Source: an uncultured bacterium (GTDB lineage: Bacteria > UBP15 > UBA6099). From it: a stretch of 64,000 nt of DNA. The stretch covers positions 6,135 through 70,134 of the forward strand of contig CAYPEK010000004.1 of NCBI GenBank assembly GCA_964409645.1, in the 5' to 3' direction. The notes under the pieces were generated by a model. It made no database searches. It saw only the letters and a program-made list of their open reading frames with translations, and was not told the DNA's origin. Positions within the stretch are counted from its first letter, which is position 1, and each line of letters opens with the position of its first letter. The position numbers and the translations under genes are program-made. This document shows positions 55,723-64,000 of the stretch, in pieces.

Positions 55723-56709
55723 TTATTCGCCTTCTTCTGTGTTCTTTTTATTTTCCTCGCCGTCGTACGCCTTGATTATCTTAGCGACAAGGTCGTGCCT
55801 CACGACATCCTGCCTCGTGAAGCGTATGAATTTGATCTCCTTTATCCCCTGCAGCCGCTCGGCCGCATCGATCAGCCCGGACAACTTGTCCGGCGGCAGG
55901 TCTATCTGTGTGATGTCCCCCGTCACGGCGGCCCTCGAATGCGGGCCTAACCGCGTCAGGAACATCTTCATCTGCTCCACCGTCGTGTTCTGCGCCTCGT
56001 CCATGATGACGAACGCGTCGTCCAGCGTGCGCCCTCGCATGTACGCAAGCGGCGCAACCTCGATTATACCCCTTTCGAGCATCCGCGCGCACCTGTCCGA
56101 CGCCATCATCCCGAACAGCGCGTCGTAGATCGGCCTCAGATACGGGTCCACCTTCTGCTGCAAATCGCCCGGCAGGAACCCGAGCTTCTCGCCCGCCTCC
56201 ACCGCCGGACGGCATATCACTATCCGCCTCACCGACTCCTCGAGCAGCCGCCTCACCGCCATCGCAACCGCGAGATACGTCTTGCCCGTTCCCGCCGGCC
56301 CTATCGCGAACACCATGTCGTGCTTCACCAGCGCTTCGAGATAATCCCGCTGCCTCGGCGACCGCGGCTTGATCGCGCGCCCGGAGCCGTCCATCAGCTT
56401 TATGTCGAGGTCGGCCCTCAGATCGCGGCCGCCGCCATCCTCCTTCAACAGCATCAATCCGTACTTTATGTCCGATTTCGTCACCTTGCGGCCGCGCCGG
56501 TAGCTGTCCAGCAGGTGGCGGAGCAGTTCCACAATCCCGTCCGCCTGCGGCCCGGCAACAACCACTTCCCCGTTGCGGTACGTCAACCTGACGTCCATTT
56601 CCTTCTCGATGTACTTCAGATTCTCGTCGCGGTGCCCGAACAGTCCGAGAGCCTCTTCCTGACTCCCCACCTCCAGCACAGCCGTCGTTTTCTTGTCTGC
56701 CATTCGCAC
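55723..56709 (-). CDS. phoH: PhoH-like ATPase
   Basis: Walker A FAIGPAGTGKTYLAV, IVICRPAVEAGEKLGFLPGD. Confidence 0.9.
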   Translation of the reverse strand: MRMADKKTTAVLEVGSQEEALGLFGHRDENLKYIEKEMDVRLTYRNGEVVVAGPQADGIVELLRHLLDSYRRGRKVTKSDIKYGLMLLKEDGGGRDLRADLDIKLMDGSGRAIKPRSPRQRDYLEALVKHDMVFAIGPAGTGKTYLAVAMAVRRLLEESVRRIVICRPAVEAGEKLGFLPGDLQQKVDPYLRPIYDALFGMMASDRCARMLERGIIEVAPLAYMRGRTLDDAFVIMDEAQNTTVEQMKMFLTRLGPHSRAAVTGDITQIDLPPDKLSGLIDAAERLQGIKEIKFIRFTRQDVVRHDLVAKIIKAYDGEENKKNTEEGE

Positions 56710-56768
56710 TTACCCTTTTATGTAGAGCGAGATTTTTATATCCCGTCGCTTTTAATCATCTTATGTAG

Positions 56769-56826
56769 GGCGGGGTCACCGCACCCCGCCGCTTCTTTGT
56801 GCCACCCTCAAACTCGTTTGAGGGTG
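56769..56826. terminator. Two adjacent stem-loops: GGCGGGG-tcaccgca-CCCCGCC, then CACCCTCAAA-ctcg-TTTGAGGGTG
   Basis: They lie between the rsmE stop (56840) and the phoH start (56709) on the minus strand. The second has a perfect 10-bp stem. Neither has a clean U-tract. Confidence 0.35.
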
Positions 56827-56839
56827 CAACTTTCTCCAA

Positions 56840-57550
56840 TCACAAAACGCTCGCCGCCACAGCGGCGGCGGCAATCGCCGCCGTCTCAGCCCTCAAGATC
56901 AAACGGCCAAGCGAGGCCGCCCTGAAACCGGCTTCGGAAGCAGCGCAGGCTTCCGCATCCGTCCAGTCGCCCTCCGGGCCGACGAGTATCATTATCCGCC
57001 CTTCGCCCGCGCCGCGCAACAAATCGACAAGCGGCGCCGACTCCGGCCCCTTTAATAATATTATCCGTCCGGAGAACCCGTCTCCGACTTCCGCCACGAG
57101 TTGCTTCATCGAAACCGGCCCGCAAATCGCCGGCGCGCGGCCCGCGCATTGCGCCGCCGCCCCGCCGAGAATCCGACGCCACCGCGCGAGTTTCCCCTCC
57201 GCATCCGCCGCGTCGGCCCGCACAACGCACCGCTCCGCGACAACCGGGATTATCTCGCCGACTCCAAGCTCCGCCGATTTTTCGAGCAGCATGTCCCACC
57301 GCGGCCCCTTGATCATCGACGCCGCAAGTGTCACACGCCCGCACGGCGCCTCCGGAAGTTCGCGCTCGCTCTCGACCGCGACTTCCACCTCCGCGCCGCG
57401 AAACGACTCCACCTTAAGCACGAACTCGCGCGCGCCGTCGTAGCCCGCGAAAACGTCGCCGGCCTTCAGCCGCAGAACCTTTTTAATGTGTCCCGCCGCC
57501 GCGCCGCCCACAACACCGCCGCTGAATTCGTCTAAATAAACGCGTTCCAT
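56840..57550 (-). CDS. rsmE: 16S rRNA (uracil1498-N3)-methyltransferase RsmE
   Basis: PUA-like N-terminus; conserved GPEGDWTDAE and LGRLILRAETAAIAA. Confidence 0.8.
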   Translation of the reverse strand: MERVYLDEFSGGVVGGAAAGHIKKVLRLKAGDVFAGYDGAREFVLKVESFRGAEVEVAVESERELPEAPCGRVTLAASMIKGPRWDMLLEKSAELGVGEIIPVVAERCVVRADAADAEGKLARWRRILGGAAAQCAGRAPAICGPVSMKQLVAEVGDGFSGRIILLKGPESAPLVDLLRGAGEGRIMILVGPEGDWTDAEACAASEAGFRAASLGRLILRAETAAIAAAAVAASVL

Positions 57551-57739
57551 TGTTCCTTTTTAGCAACAAAGCCATTTTTTCGTAAAATTTATTTAGTAAT
57601 GATCGGCGGAGTGCGGCCAGCCGAACGGCGACCCCGCCCTGCATATTTTGAATGTTGTTTTTTGTCTTTTGCTATATTCTATATTCTTGTTTTTATTTTC
57701 CGTTTTTTTTACTGCCTTCTGCCTGCTTCCCTCTGCCTG

Positions 57740-58852
57740 TCATTTAAATATTTCCTTCAGTTTCTTAAACACCCTTTTCTGCGGGTGCGAGAGGTCCTCG
57801 CCGCCCTCCTCTGCAAACTGCTTGAGGAGCTTCTTCTGATTCGCCGTCAGCTTCTCCGGCACCATAACCTTCACAACTACATGCTGGTCGCCTTTGTGCG
57901 AACCGCGCAGATTCGGGAAACCCGCGCCGCGCATCCGGAATATCGCCCCCGTCTGCGTGCCCGCCGGTATCTTTATCGCCTGCTTGCCGTAGAGCGTCGG
58001 CACCTCGATCTCGTCGCCGAGCGCCGCCTGCGTGAAGCTGATCGGCACCTCGCAGTAAACATCCTGACCGTCACGCTTGAAAAACTCGTGCTCCATCACA
58101 TGGATGACAATGAACAGATCGCCTCGCGGGCCGCCGCGCTCGCCATACTCCCCCTCGCTGCTCAACCGCAGCCGCTGGCCCGTTTCAACACCCGGCGGCA
58201 CCGAAATCTGCAGCTTGCGCGAGCCGCGCACGCGGCCCATTCCCCGGCATTCGCCGCACGGGTCCGCAACCTCCACGCCGGTGCCCCGGCACGACGGGCA
58301 CGTCTGCACGTTCACCATCTGACCGAACAGCGTCTGCTTCGTCTGCCTGAACTCGCCCGTGCCGCCGCAGCGCGAGCATTTCACCGGCGGCGCGCCCGAC
58401 TTCGAGCCCGTGCCGCCGCATTTCTCGCACTTCACCTGCGACGGGATTTCAATCTCCGCGTTCTTTCCGAACGCCGCGTCGAAGAAAGAGATTTCGATAT
58501 CGTATCGAAGATCGGCGCCGCGCGCGGGCCCGCGGCTTGCTCCGCGTCCGCCACCGCCGCCGCCGAAAAACATGTCGAAGATGTCACCGAAACCGCCGAA
58601 TCCGAAATCGTCCGCCTGCCCGCGCCCGGACAGCCCTTCGTGCCCGTACCGGTCGTAAACCGAGCGCTTCTGATCGTCACTCAGCACCTGATACGCCTCG
58701 GAGACTTCCTTGAACTTCTCCTCGGCCTGCGCGTCGTTCGGGTTAACATCCGGGTGGAGCTTCCTCGCGAGCTGCCTGTACGCCTTCTTGAGTTCGTCCT
58801 GCGTGGCGCCGCGGGAGACGCCGAGAACCTCGTAGTAATCGCGTTTTGCCAT
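57740..58852 (-). CDS. dnaJ: Chaperone DnaJ
   Basis: J-domain [35 protein letters not shown]. Gly-rich linker. Four CxxCxGxG repeats ([32 protein letters not shown]). Confidence 0.95.
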   Translation of the reverse strand: MAKRDYYEVLGVSRGATQDELKKAYRQLARKLHPDVNPNDAQAEEKFKEVSEAYQVLSDDQKRSVYDRYGHEGLSGRGQADDFGFGGFGDIFDMFFGGGGGGRGASRGPARGADLRYDIEISFFDAAFGKNAEIEIPSQVKCEKCGGTGSKSGAPPVKCSRCGGTGEFRQTKQTLFGQMVNVQTCPSCRGTGVEVADPCGECRGMGRVRGSRKLQISVPPGVETGQRLRLSSEGEYGERGGPRGDLFIVIHVMEHEFFKRDGQDVYCEVPISFTQAALGDEIEVPTLYGKQAIKIPAGTQTGAIFRMRGAGFPNLRGSHKGDQHVVVKVMVPEKLTANQKKLLKQFAEEGGEDLSHPQKRVFKKLKEIFK

Positions 58853-58907
58853 GTTGCGTTTTGCCAACCTCTCAAATGCGCGCAAGCGCCCCGTCCGGCG
58901 GAGCGCG

Positions 58908-59933
58908 TCACACGCACGAATATTTCTTCAGAACTTCCGTCAGCGCGCTCGACACCTCGCGCACCATCCCTATCAGCCTCGCGTAATTCATCCGCCTCGG
59001 CCCAAGCAGCCCCACCGTCCCGACCGTCCTGTCGCCGAACCTGAACTGGCTCTTGATGATGCTGCAGTCGTGCAGAGACTCGATCGCGTTCTCGCGGCCG
59101 ATTATCACCTTCGCCACGCCGGTGTCGCCGCGCAGCGTGAATATCCCCGATTCGTTCTCCGGGCTTTCGAGCGCCTCGAGCACCGGGCCGAGCCTGCCCG
59201 CCTCCTGAAACTCCGGATGCCGTATCAGCCGCGTCGAACCCTGCACGAAAACACGGCTGCCCACCCCCACAATCAGCTCCTCGAAAAATCCCATCAGATA
59301 CTGATACAAGGAATCGTGCTGCATCCTGATGTCCCTGAATATTTCCGTGAGGCCGGCCGCCGTCACATCCTCGATCTTCTTGCCCGAAAGCCGGTTGTTG
59401 AGCTGCCTCGTGATCCACTCCACCGGGAACTTGTCCACCGGCATCGGCAGTTCCACCAGCTTGTTCTCGACATGTCCATTGCTCAACACGAGAATAATCA
59501 GCAGCGTGCGCTCGGAGACGCCCGTCAGTTCCATCCGCCGGATCTCGCTCCGCGTCTCCTCCGGCACCGCCACGAACGAAACGCAGTCGCTCCACGACGC
59601 CAGAAGCGCCGAAACCTGCCTCATGAGCTGGTCGAGCTTGAACTGGATCGTATCGATCGAACGGCGCACCGCGATGCCGTCTTCCTCCGCCGACTGATAC
59701 TCCTCGCGGAGCGCATCGACGAAAAAACGGTAGCCGAGGTCGGCCGGTATGCGGCCCGCGGACGTGTGCGGCTGTTCGAGATAACCGGCGTCGAGCAGAT
59801 CGTGCATCTCGTTGCGGGCCGTTGCCGGGCTAACGCCGAGCTTCTCGGCGATCCGCTTAGATCCGACAGGCAAGCACGTATCGACGTACTCCGTCACAAC
59901 GTGCTTGATGATTTTCGACTTTCGTTCGTCCAA
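58908..59933 (-). CDS. hrcA: Heat-inducible transcriptional repressor HrcA
   Basis: [73 protein letters not shown]. The start is uncertain: the track ORF runs to 60014 and TTG at 59933 is plausible. Confidence 0.8.
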   Translation of the reverse strand: MDERKSKIIKHVVTEYVDTCLPVGSKRIAEKLGVSPATARNEMHDLLDAGYLEQPHTSAGRIPADLGYRFFVDALREEYQSAEEDGIAVRRSIDTIQFKLDQLMRQVSALLASWSDCVSFVAVPEETRSEIRRMELTGVSERTLLIILVLSNGHVENKLVELPMPVDKFPVEWITRQLNNRLSGKKIEDVTAAGLTEIFRDIRMQHDSLYQYLMGFFEELIVGVGSRVFVQGSTRLIRHPEFQEAGRLGPVLEALESPENESGIFTLRGDTGVAKVIIGRENAIESLHDCSIIKSQFRFGDRTVGTVGLLGPRRMNYARLIGMVREVSSALTEVLKKYSCV

Positions 59934-60140
59934 CCTTAACCACCGCTCAGATGTCCGCACCGGACATCGCCATTCCAATCCGAATATTATATTGAATGAG
60001 GCGGCGGAAAGCAAAAAAGTAAGTCCGCATTCAAATCAAACAGACATCAAAATGGCTTTCCGGCGCTCGCAAAGCATATTCGCGATGTGCCGCCCGGCAA
60101 AAAAAGCTCCGTCAAAAACAAATTTATTTTTAAAACTGCT

Positions 60141-60166
60141 TAAGTTTTTCTCCTACCCGCCGATTC
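60141..60166 (+). promoter_or_regulatory. Sigma28 (FliA)-type promoter candidate: TTAAGTTT, 11 nt spacer, GCCGATTC
   Basis: This fits the consensus TAAAGTTT-N11-GCCGATAA with a perfect GCCGAT core and exact spacing. It lies ~70 nt upstream of ATG 60236. Confidence 0.45.
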
Positions 60167-60235
60167 CATATAACATAGTATTTATTATTATCATTGATTG
60201 TATTTTACCAACAAATTAATTGAGGAGTGAACGCC

Positions 60236-62698
60236 ATGTCGATACTTAATAGTCTGTCCGGCCTTTCAACAAACAGTCTTCTGATTTCGAATAAAAACTC
60301 GGCGGCTTCAAGCAAAAAAAACGGACTTTTCAGCAAATCAGCGGCCGCCAAGACAAATGCAAGCTACAAAGCAACCATTTCATCCAACGTGGATTCACTT
60401 AGCACGCTCATCGGTCAGGTGGACAGCGAACTCTCCGTTTTCACTGCGACAAGCTCCCTGACGAAAAACATCAACTTCAGCTCAGCATTCAAAAGCGCGT
60501 TTTCCAACTCGGCGTTCAACCAATCCTCATTTTCTCTAACGCCTCAAACCGCCTCACAGAAGATCACAAGTCTCGCAAAGAATATCGTCGATACCGCATC
60601 GAGCACCAACAACCTCCCGTCGTCTCAGAAAATCAAACTACTGCTCGCTGTCATGAACCTGATCGACAAAGCCTTCACAAGCACGAAAGATATCTACAAT
60701 TCGATGAACCTTTATTCCGGCTATAACGCACAAAGCCTCCAGCAGACGCAATCACTCACCTCTCAAAATCTGACCAGCTACCTGAACTCTCTAACAACAT
60801 CCACCTCGTCCGGCACGGCTACCGGAACGACTACGGGCGCCACAACCGGAACAGCCGGTACAACAACAGGAACAACTCCCACGCAGCCCCCCAATACACA
60901 AACAACAACACAATCAACACCCTCCTCGATCCTCAGCGATCCGAATGCTCAGAAAGCACTCGAAACGCTCAAAAACAGCGATTATTTCTATTTTGGGTCG
61001 GGAACAATGGCCTTACAATATCCAATAGATGGGATAATTGACAATATTCATTTTAGTAACCAATTACAAACCGATATAAATGGTATCCAGCATGTTATTT
61101 CCGTATCGCTTGAAACCAATACAGTAATGCTCGATTACGGGACACAAACATTCGGTAATTTTTTCGGTAATTTAACTGAAGCAAGTAAATATATTGATAC
61201 CGCACAGCAAGCAACTATTTTAGATTCATCCGGTCAAACACATACAATACAGGGCGTATTTGCAAATGGAACAGTGACCGACACTGTTGTTGACGGTGTT
61301 ACAATGAACTCGCAGGAACTCGTGAATTGGGCTTCGAGTGCAGGTTTGGCGGCCAATACCTATACAATCTCTTCCGGCCAACAAATAACCGAGTACCACG
61401 CAACAACTCAGTCGCCTTATGGAAGTTCTGATGCAATTATCGCAGCGACTGTGGACGGACAGGCGCTTAACCGCCAAGAGTATCTTATAGACCACAGAAG
61501 ATATAGTAACGCTCCTAATTGGCCCGCCGTTTCCGGTTATGTTGAAACTCCTTCCGGTAATTATGTTTATTTAGACGAAAATATGGTTGCCGGCCAAGCA
61601 ACGATTAACGGAACTTCGGTAACCGATCAGCAGCTTGTCAACTGGGCAAAACAGGAAGGCCTTGAGACAAAATCTTATGACATCGCCGGGAATCAAGTTA
61701 ACGAATATTATGCCAGTTTTGTCACATCATTAGGTACAAAGAAAATCCGAATCGCAGCAGAAGTGAACGGAATCGTTTGCAACAGCCTAAATTGGGTCAA
61801 CTCTTCTGGATCGCAATTATTTTTTTCTGAAAACACCGCAACTATCGAAGATGCTTCGGGCAATTACATTACAACCGGCCTCTGGAAAACATGGTACGAC
61901 GTACAGACGGCCCAAGTAGAAGAAAGCTTGTTTTCAATTAATGGAATGGTCCTTACTAATGAGCAGGATAATATCGACTGGGCTAAAAATAACAATCTTT
62001 ACAACAGAACCCTTACTGTAAACGGCAAAAATGTAACAGAATATTACATCTATGACACAAGTCAAACTGACAAAAACATATTAAATTTATTTGCGGTTGA
62101 AGTTGATGGAACTGCTTATTCTATCAGTGATTATGTAAATTCGGCATACAAAGCGCCGGATTTGACCTTAACAGCCAGCCCGATTGTGCTTGATCTCACG
62201 GGGAATGGAATCGAATCGGTCAGTGCGGAACAGGGAGTTCAGTTCGACCTCCTCGGGACGGGCCAAAAGGTGCAGACCGGCTGGGTGAGCCCGGGCGCGG
62301 CCTTCCTCGCCCTCGACAAGGACAACAGCGGCTCGATCGAGAGCGGCAAGGAGCTGTTCGGCAACCAGAGCGGCGCCGCCAACGGCTACGAGGAACTCGC
62401 AAAATACGACGAGAATAACGACGGCGTCATAAACGCCTCCGACTCCATCTACAACAAGCTCCTTCTGTGGCAGGATACCAACATGAACGGCGTGAGCGAC
62501 ACCGGCGAACTAAGCAGCCTCGCCGACACCGGCGTCTCATCCATCAACGTCAACTACAATACCGTCTCCGAAACGGTGACGGGCGGCAACCAGATACGCC
62601 AACGCTCGTTCTTCACTTTTGAAAACGGCACAACGGGCAACACCGCCGATATCTGGTTCCGCTACAACGCGTTTTCGGCATATGTCAACGTCGCCTGA
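60236..62698 (+). CDS. Ser/Thr/Asn-rich 820-aa mosaic protein: no signal peptide, Thr-rich linker, three ~55-aa internal repeats, C-terminal module with three DxDxDG-type Ca2+-binding loops
   Basis: SD GAGGAG 11 nt before ATG 60236. Coding DNA 60236-62200 is AT-rich, and the last ~500 bp are native high-GC. Repeats VTDQQLVNWAKQEGLETKSYDIAGNQVNEYY, MNSQELVNWASSAGLAANTYTISSGQQITEYH and LTNEQDNIDWAKNNNLYNRTLTVNGKNVTEYY. Ca2+-loop motifs DKDNSGSIE, DENNDGVINASD and DTNMNGVSDTGE. Confidence 0.65.
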   Translation: MSILNSLSGLSTNSLLISNKNSAASSKKNGLFSKSAAAKTNASYKATISSNVDSLSTLIGQVDSELSVFTATSSLTKNINFSSAFKSAFSNSAFNQSSFSLTPQTASQKITSLAKNIVDTASSTNNLPSSQKIKLLLAVMNLIDKAFTSTKDIYNSMNLYSGYNAQSLQQTQSLTSQNLTSYLNSLTTSTSSGTATGTTTGATTGTAGTTTGTTPTQPPNTQTTTQSTPSSILSDPNAQKALETLKNSDYFYFGSGTMALQYPIDGIIDNIHFSNQLQTDINGIQHVISVSLETNTVMLDYGTQTFGNFFGNLTEASKYIDTAQQATILDSSGQTHTIQGVFANGTVTDTVVDGVTMNSQELVNWASSAGLAANTYTISSGQQITEYHATTQSPYGSSDAIIAATVDGQALNRQEYLIDHRRYSNAPNWPAVSGYVETPSGNYVYLDENMVAGQATINGTSVTDQQLVNWAKQEGLETKSYDIAGNQVNEYYASFVTSLGTKKIRIAAEVNGIVCNSLNWVNSSGSQLFFSENTATIEDASGNYITTGLWKTWYDVQTAQVEESLFSINGMVLTNEQDNIDWAKNNNLYNRTLTVNGKNVTEYYIYDTSQTDKNILNLFAVEVDGTAYSISDYVNSAYKAPDLTLTASPIVLDLTGNGIESVSAEQGVQFDLLGTGQKVQTGWVSPGAAFLALDKDNSGSIESGKELFGNQSGAANGYEELAKYDENNDGVINASDSIYNKLLLWQDTNMNGVSDTGELSSLADTGVSSINVNYNTVSETVTGGNQIRQRSFFTFENGTTGNTADIWFRYNAFSAYVNVA

Positions 62699-62726
62699 GA
62701 CGACTCTCTGTGCAAGATTTGGGTCG

Positions 62727-63548
62727 TTATCTTGAATATACTTGTAAAAAACCCGCAAGCGGCATTCCTGTGATGTTATCCGAGTAGAGCATCCCGCCCT
62801 CTGTGCAGTTGAACGCCTCGAAACCGCGTTCCTCCCGCCTCCGGTGGGCGACATATCCGTCTATCCATTCCAAAGAGAGCAGAAAACTTTTGAGCGTATG
62901 AAACCGGCGGCCGTCCGTCAGTTCGAGCAGAAGGTAGTTCTCAGAATCTTTCCAGCCCGGTTCCGGCTCCGGCGCGCTCAAGTCCACACCCGCGAAACAG
63001 ACAGGCCGACAGCCCATCAGATCCGCGAGCGCGAACGCGAAATTTGAAACAATGAACCCGCCGGGGATGAACGCCGCCCGGCCGCATATCCGGCGTGCCT
63101 CCGCCATATAGTCGGGGTCTTTGTCCTGTGTGTTGTAGAAAACCACCTGTTTCCACGGCAGAGCGAGCGTTTCCTTCGGGGTGTACGTCGAGGCGAGCAG
63201 CGTGTCGCGTTCGATACCCGGCCCGGCGAAAAAAGACGCCGTTGCCGCGCTTGGGTCTGTGGTCACAACAAAGTCGGGGGTTACGCCGAGGCTCACGAGC
63301 CTGTCGCGCCCGCGGTCGCACACGAACACGACCGCATCGCCGTGTTCCCGCAGCAGCGCGCAATTCCTTTCGATTCCGGGCCCCGCGCCGACGACAATTC
63401 CCGCCCTGCCCGCGCACGACCCCTTATACTCACCCGCATGAGGATGCTTTTCGACAACAGGCGCGTTCTTCCTCATGTTCGCGAGCATCAGATCCAATCG
63501 TATGTGGCGCGATTCGTCCAAAGCTGCTCCGATGTTTACAGCCTGCAT
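62727..63548 (-). CDS. DUF115-family protein (MptE-like / Maf motility-accessory-factor-like)
   Basis: Gly-rich nucleotide-binding-like IVVGAGPGIERN. 273 aa. Family assignment is from overall similarity recall only. Confidence 0.4.
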   Translation of the reverse strand: MQAVNIGAALDESRHIRLDLMLANMRKNAPVVEKHPHAGEYKGSCAGRAGIVVGAGPGIERNCALLREHGDAVVFVCDRGRDRLVSLGVTPDFVVTTDPSAATASFFAGPGIERDTLLASTYTPKETLALPWKQVVFYNTQDKDPDYMAEARRICGRAAFIPGGFIVSNFAFALADLMGCRPVCFAGVDLSAPEPEPGWKDSENYLLLELTDGRRFHTLKSFLLSLEWIDGYVAHRRREERGFEAFNCTEGGMLYSDNITGMPLAGFLQVYSR

Positions 63549-63604
63549 TTATAGAGAAAACGAATTATATCGTTCAAAAGCAAACGCGTAAAAAAACCTT
63601 AAAC

Positions 63605-64000
63605 TCAGACCGTGCGGCGGCTGGTGGCGGAGGCGGCCTTCTCGATCTCCGCGCGCTTTTTCTCGTATCCGGGGCGGCCCATCAGCGCGTACGTCGCGAT
63701 CTTGCCCTGCTCAACGCCCGGCTGGTCGAACGGGTCGATCCCGTAGAACGAACCGGCGTAAACGGTCTCCAGTTCGAGCATGAAGATGATCTGGCCGACC
63801 GTGCCCGGTGTGATCTCCGGCACGAGTATGGTGCTGTTCGGCCGCTTCGCCGCAGTCACCGCGATCTCGGTCGCAAGCTGCTCGGCGTTCAGAAGCTCGC
63901 CCACCTCGCGCCCGCCGAGATACGCCAAGTCCGGCACATTCTTGTACGCGACGGGTATCTTCACCGTGCGGCGGAATTTTTCCACGCGCAGGAATGTGAT
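63605..64000 (-). CDS. pgi: Glucose-6-phosphate isomerase, C-terminal part; the 5' end lies beyond the window
   Basis: ELETVYAGSFYGIDPFDQPGVEQGK is the PGI C-terminal signature. Confidence 0.85.
   Translation of the reverse strand: MTFLRVEKFRRTVKIPVAYKNVPDLAYLGGREVGELLNAEQLATEIAVTAAKRPNSTILVPEITPGTVGQIIFMLELETVYAGSFYGIDPFDQPGVEQGKIATYALMGRPGYEKKRAEIEKAASATSRRTV

Noticed and set aside
60015-60235. CIRCE element for HrcA
   Set aside because: There is no TTAGCACTC/GAGTGCTAA inverted repeat in the region. The only partial dyad (TCGCAAAGCATATTCGCGA) is not a true palindrome.

Overview
This window is a high-GC (by eye above 60% GC) bacterial chromosomal segment with about 49 protein-coding genes on both strands. 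I saw no rRNA, tRNA or CRISPR array and no transposase or integrase. Most of the content is housekeeping, envelope or signalling. The housekeeping set is argH, glmM, sat, a partial pgi, dnaJ, hrcA, rsmE, ybeY, phoH and a TrmH-family methyltransferase. There are many glycosylation genes: two GT2 enzymes, a GT1-TPR fusion, a Wzx-like flippase and two GT-C-like membrane proteins. There are also outer-membrane and secreted proteins: an LptD-like barrel, a GH115 glycosidase, two secreted metallophosphoesterases and beta-propeller proteins. Signalling genes include two sensor kinases, a sigma54-dependent regulator and a single-domain receiver. The cdaA-cdaR-glmM c-di-AMP operon sits in the same window as the c-di-AMP phosphodiesterase gene pgpH. 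Six loci stand out. (1) Two tandem 950-aa CHASE2 class III adenylate cyclases carry complementary active-site degeneration. One keeps both metal-binding Asp but has lost the Asn/Arg pair, and the other shows the reverse, which is the signature of an obligate heterodimeric cyclase with a single active site. (2) A 1-kb AT-rich island with one orphan gene is bracketed by a perfect 25-bp direct repeat. The repeat is built from a 10-bp-phased heptad, and a third copy lies upstream of a polyferredoxin gene. (3) A second AT-rich, mosaic gene encodes a Ser/Thr/Asn-rich 820-aa protein with three internal repeats and a native-GC C-terminal module carrying DxDxDG-type Ca2+-binding loops. It sits behind a near-consensus sigma28-type promoter and next to a DUF115 (Maf/MptE-like) gene. 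(4) A Phd/RelE toxin-antitoxin pair has its toxin frameshifted at an A7 run and a perfect 16-bp palindromic operator. (5) A Tat-exported DUF362 protein, a membrane polyferredoxin, a Cys-rich histidine kinase and a sigma54 regulator form one module. (6) A 21-bp inverted-repeat pair sits at the start of a hypothetical gene. Starts were refined by eye from the six-frame track and need computational confirmation.
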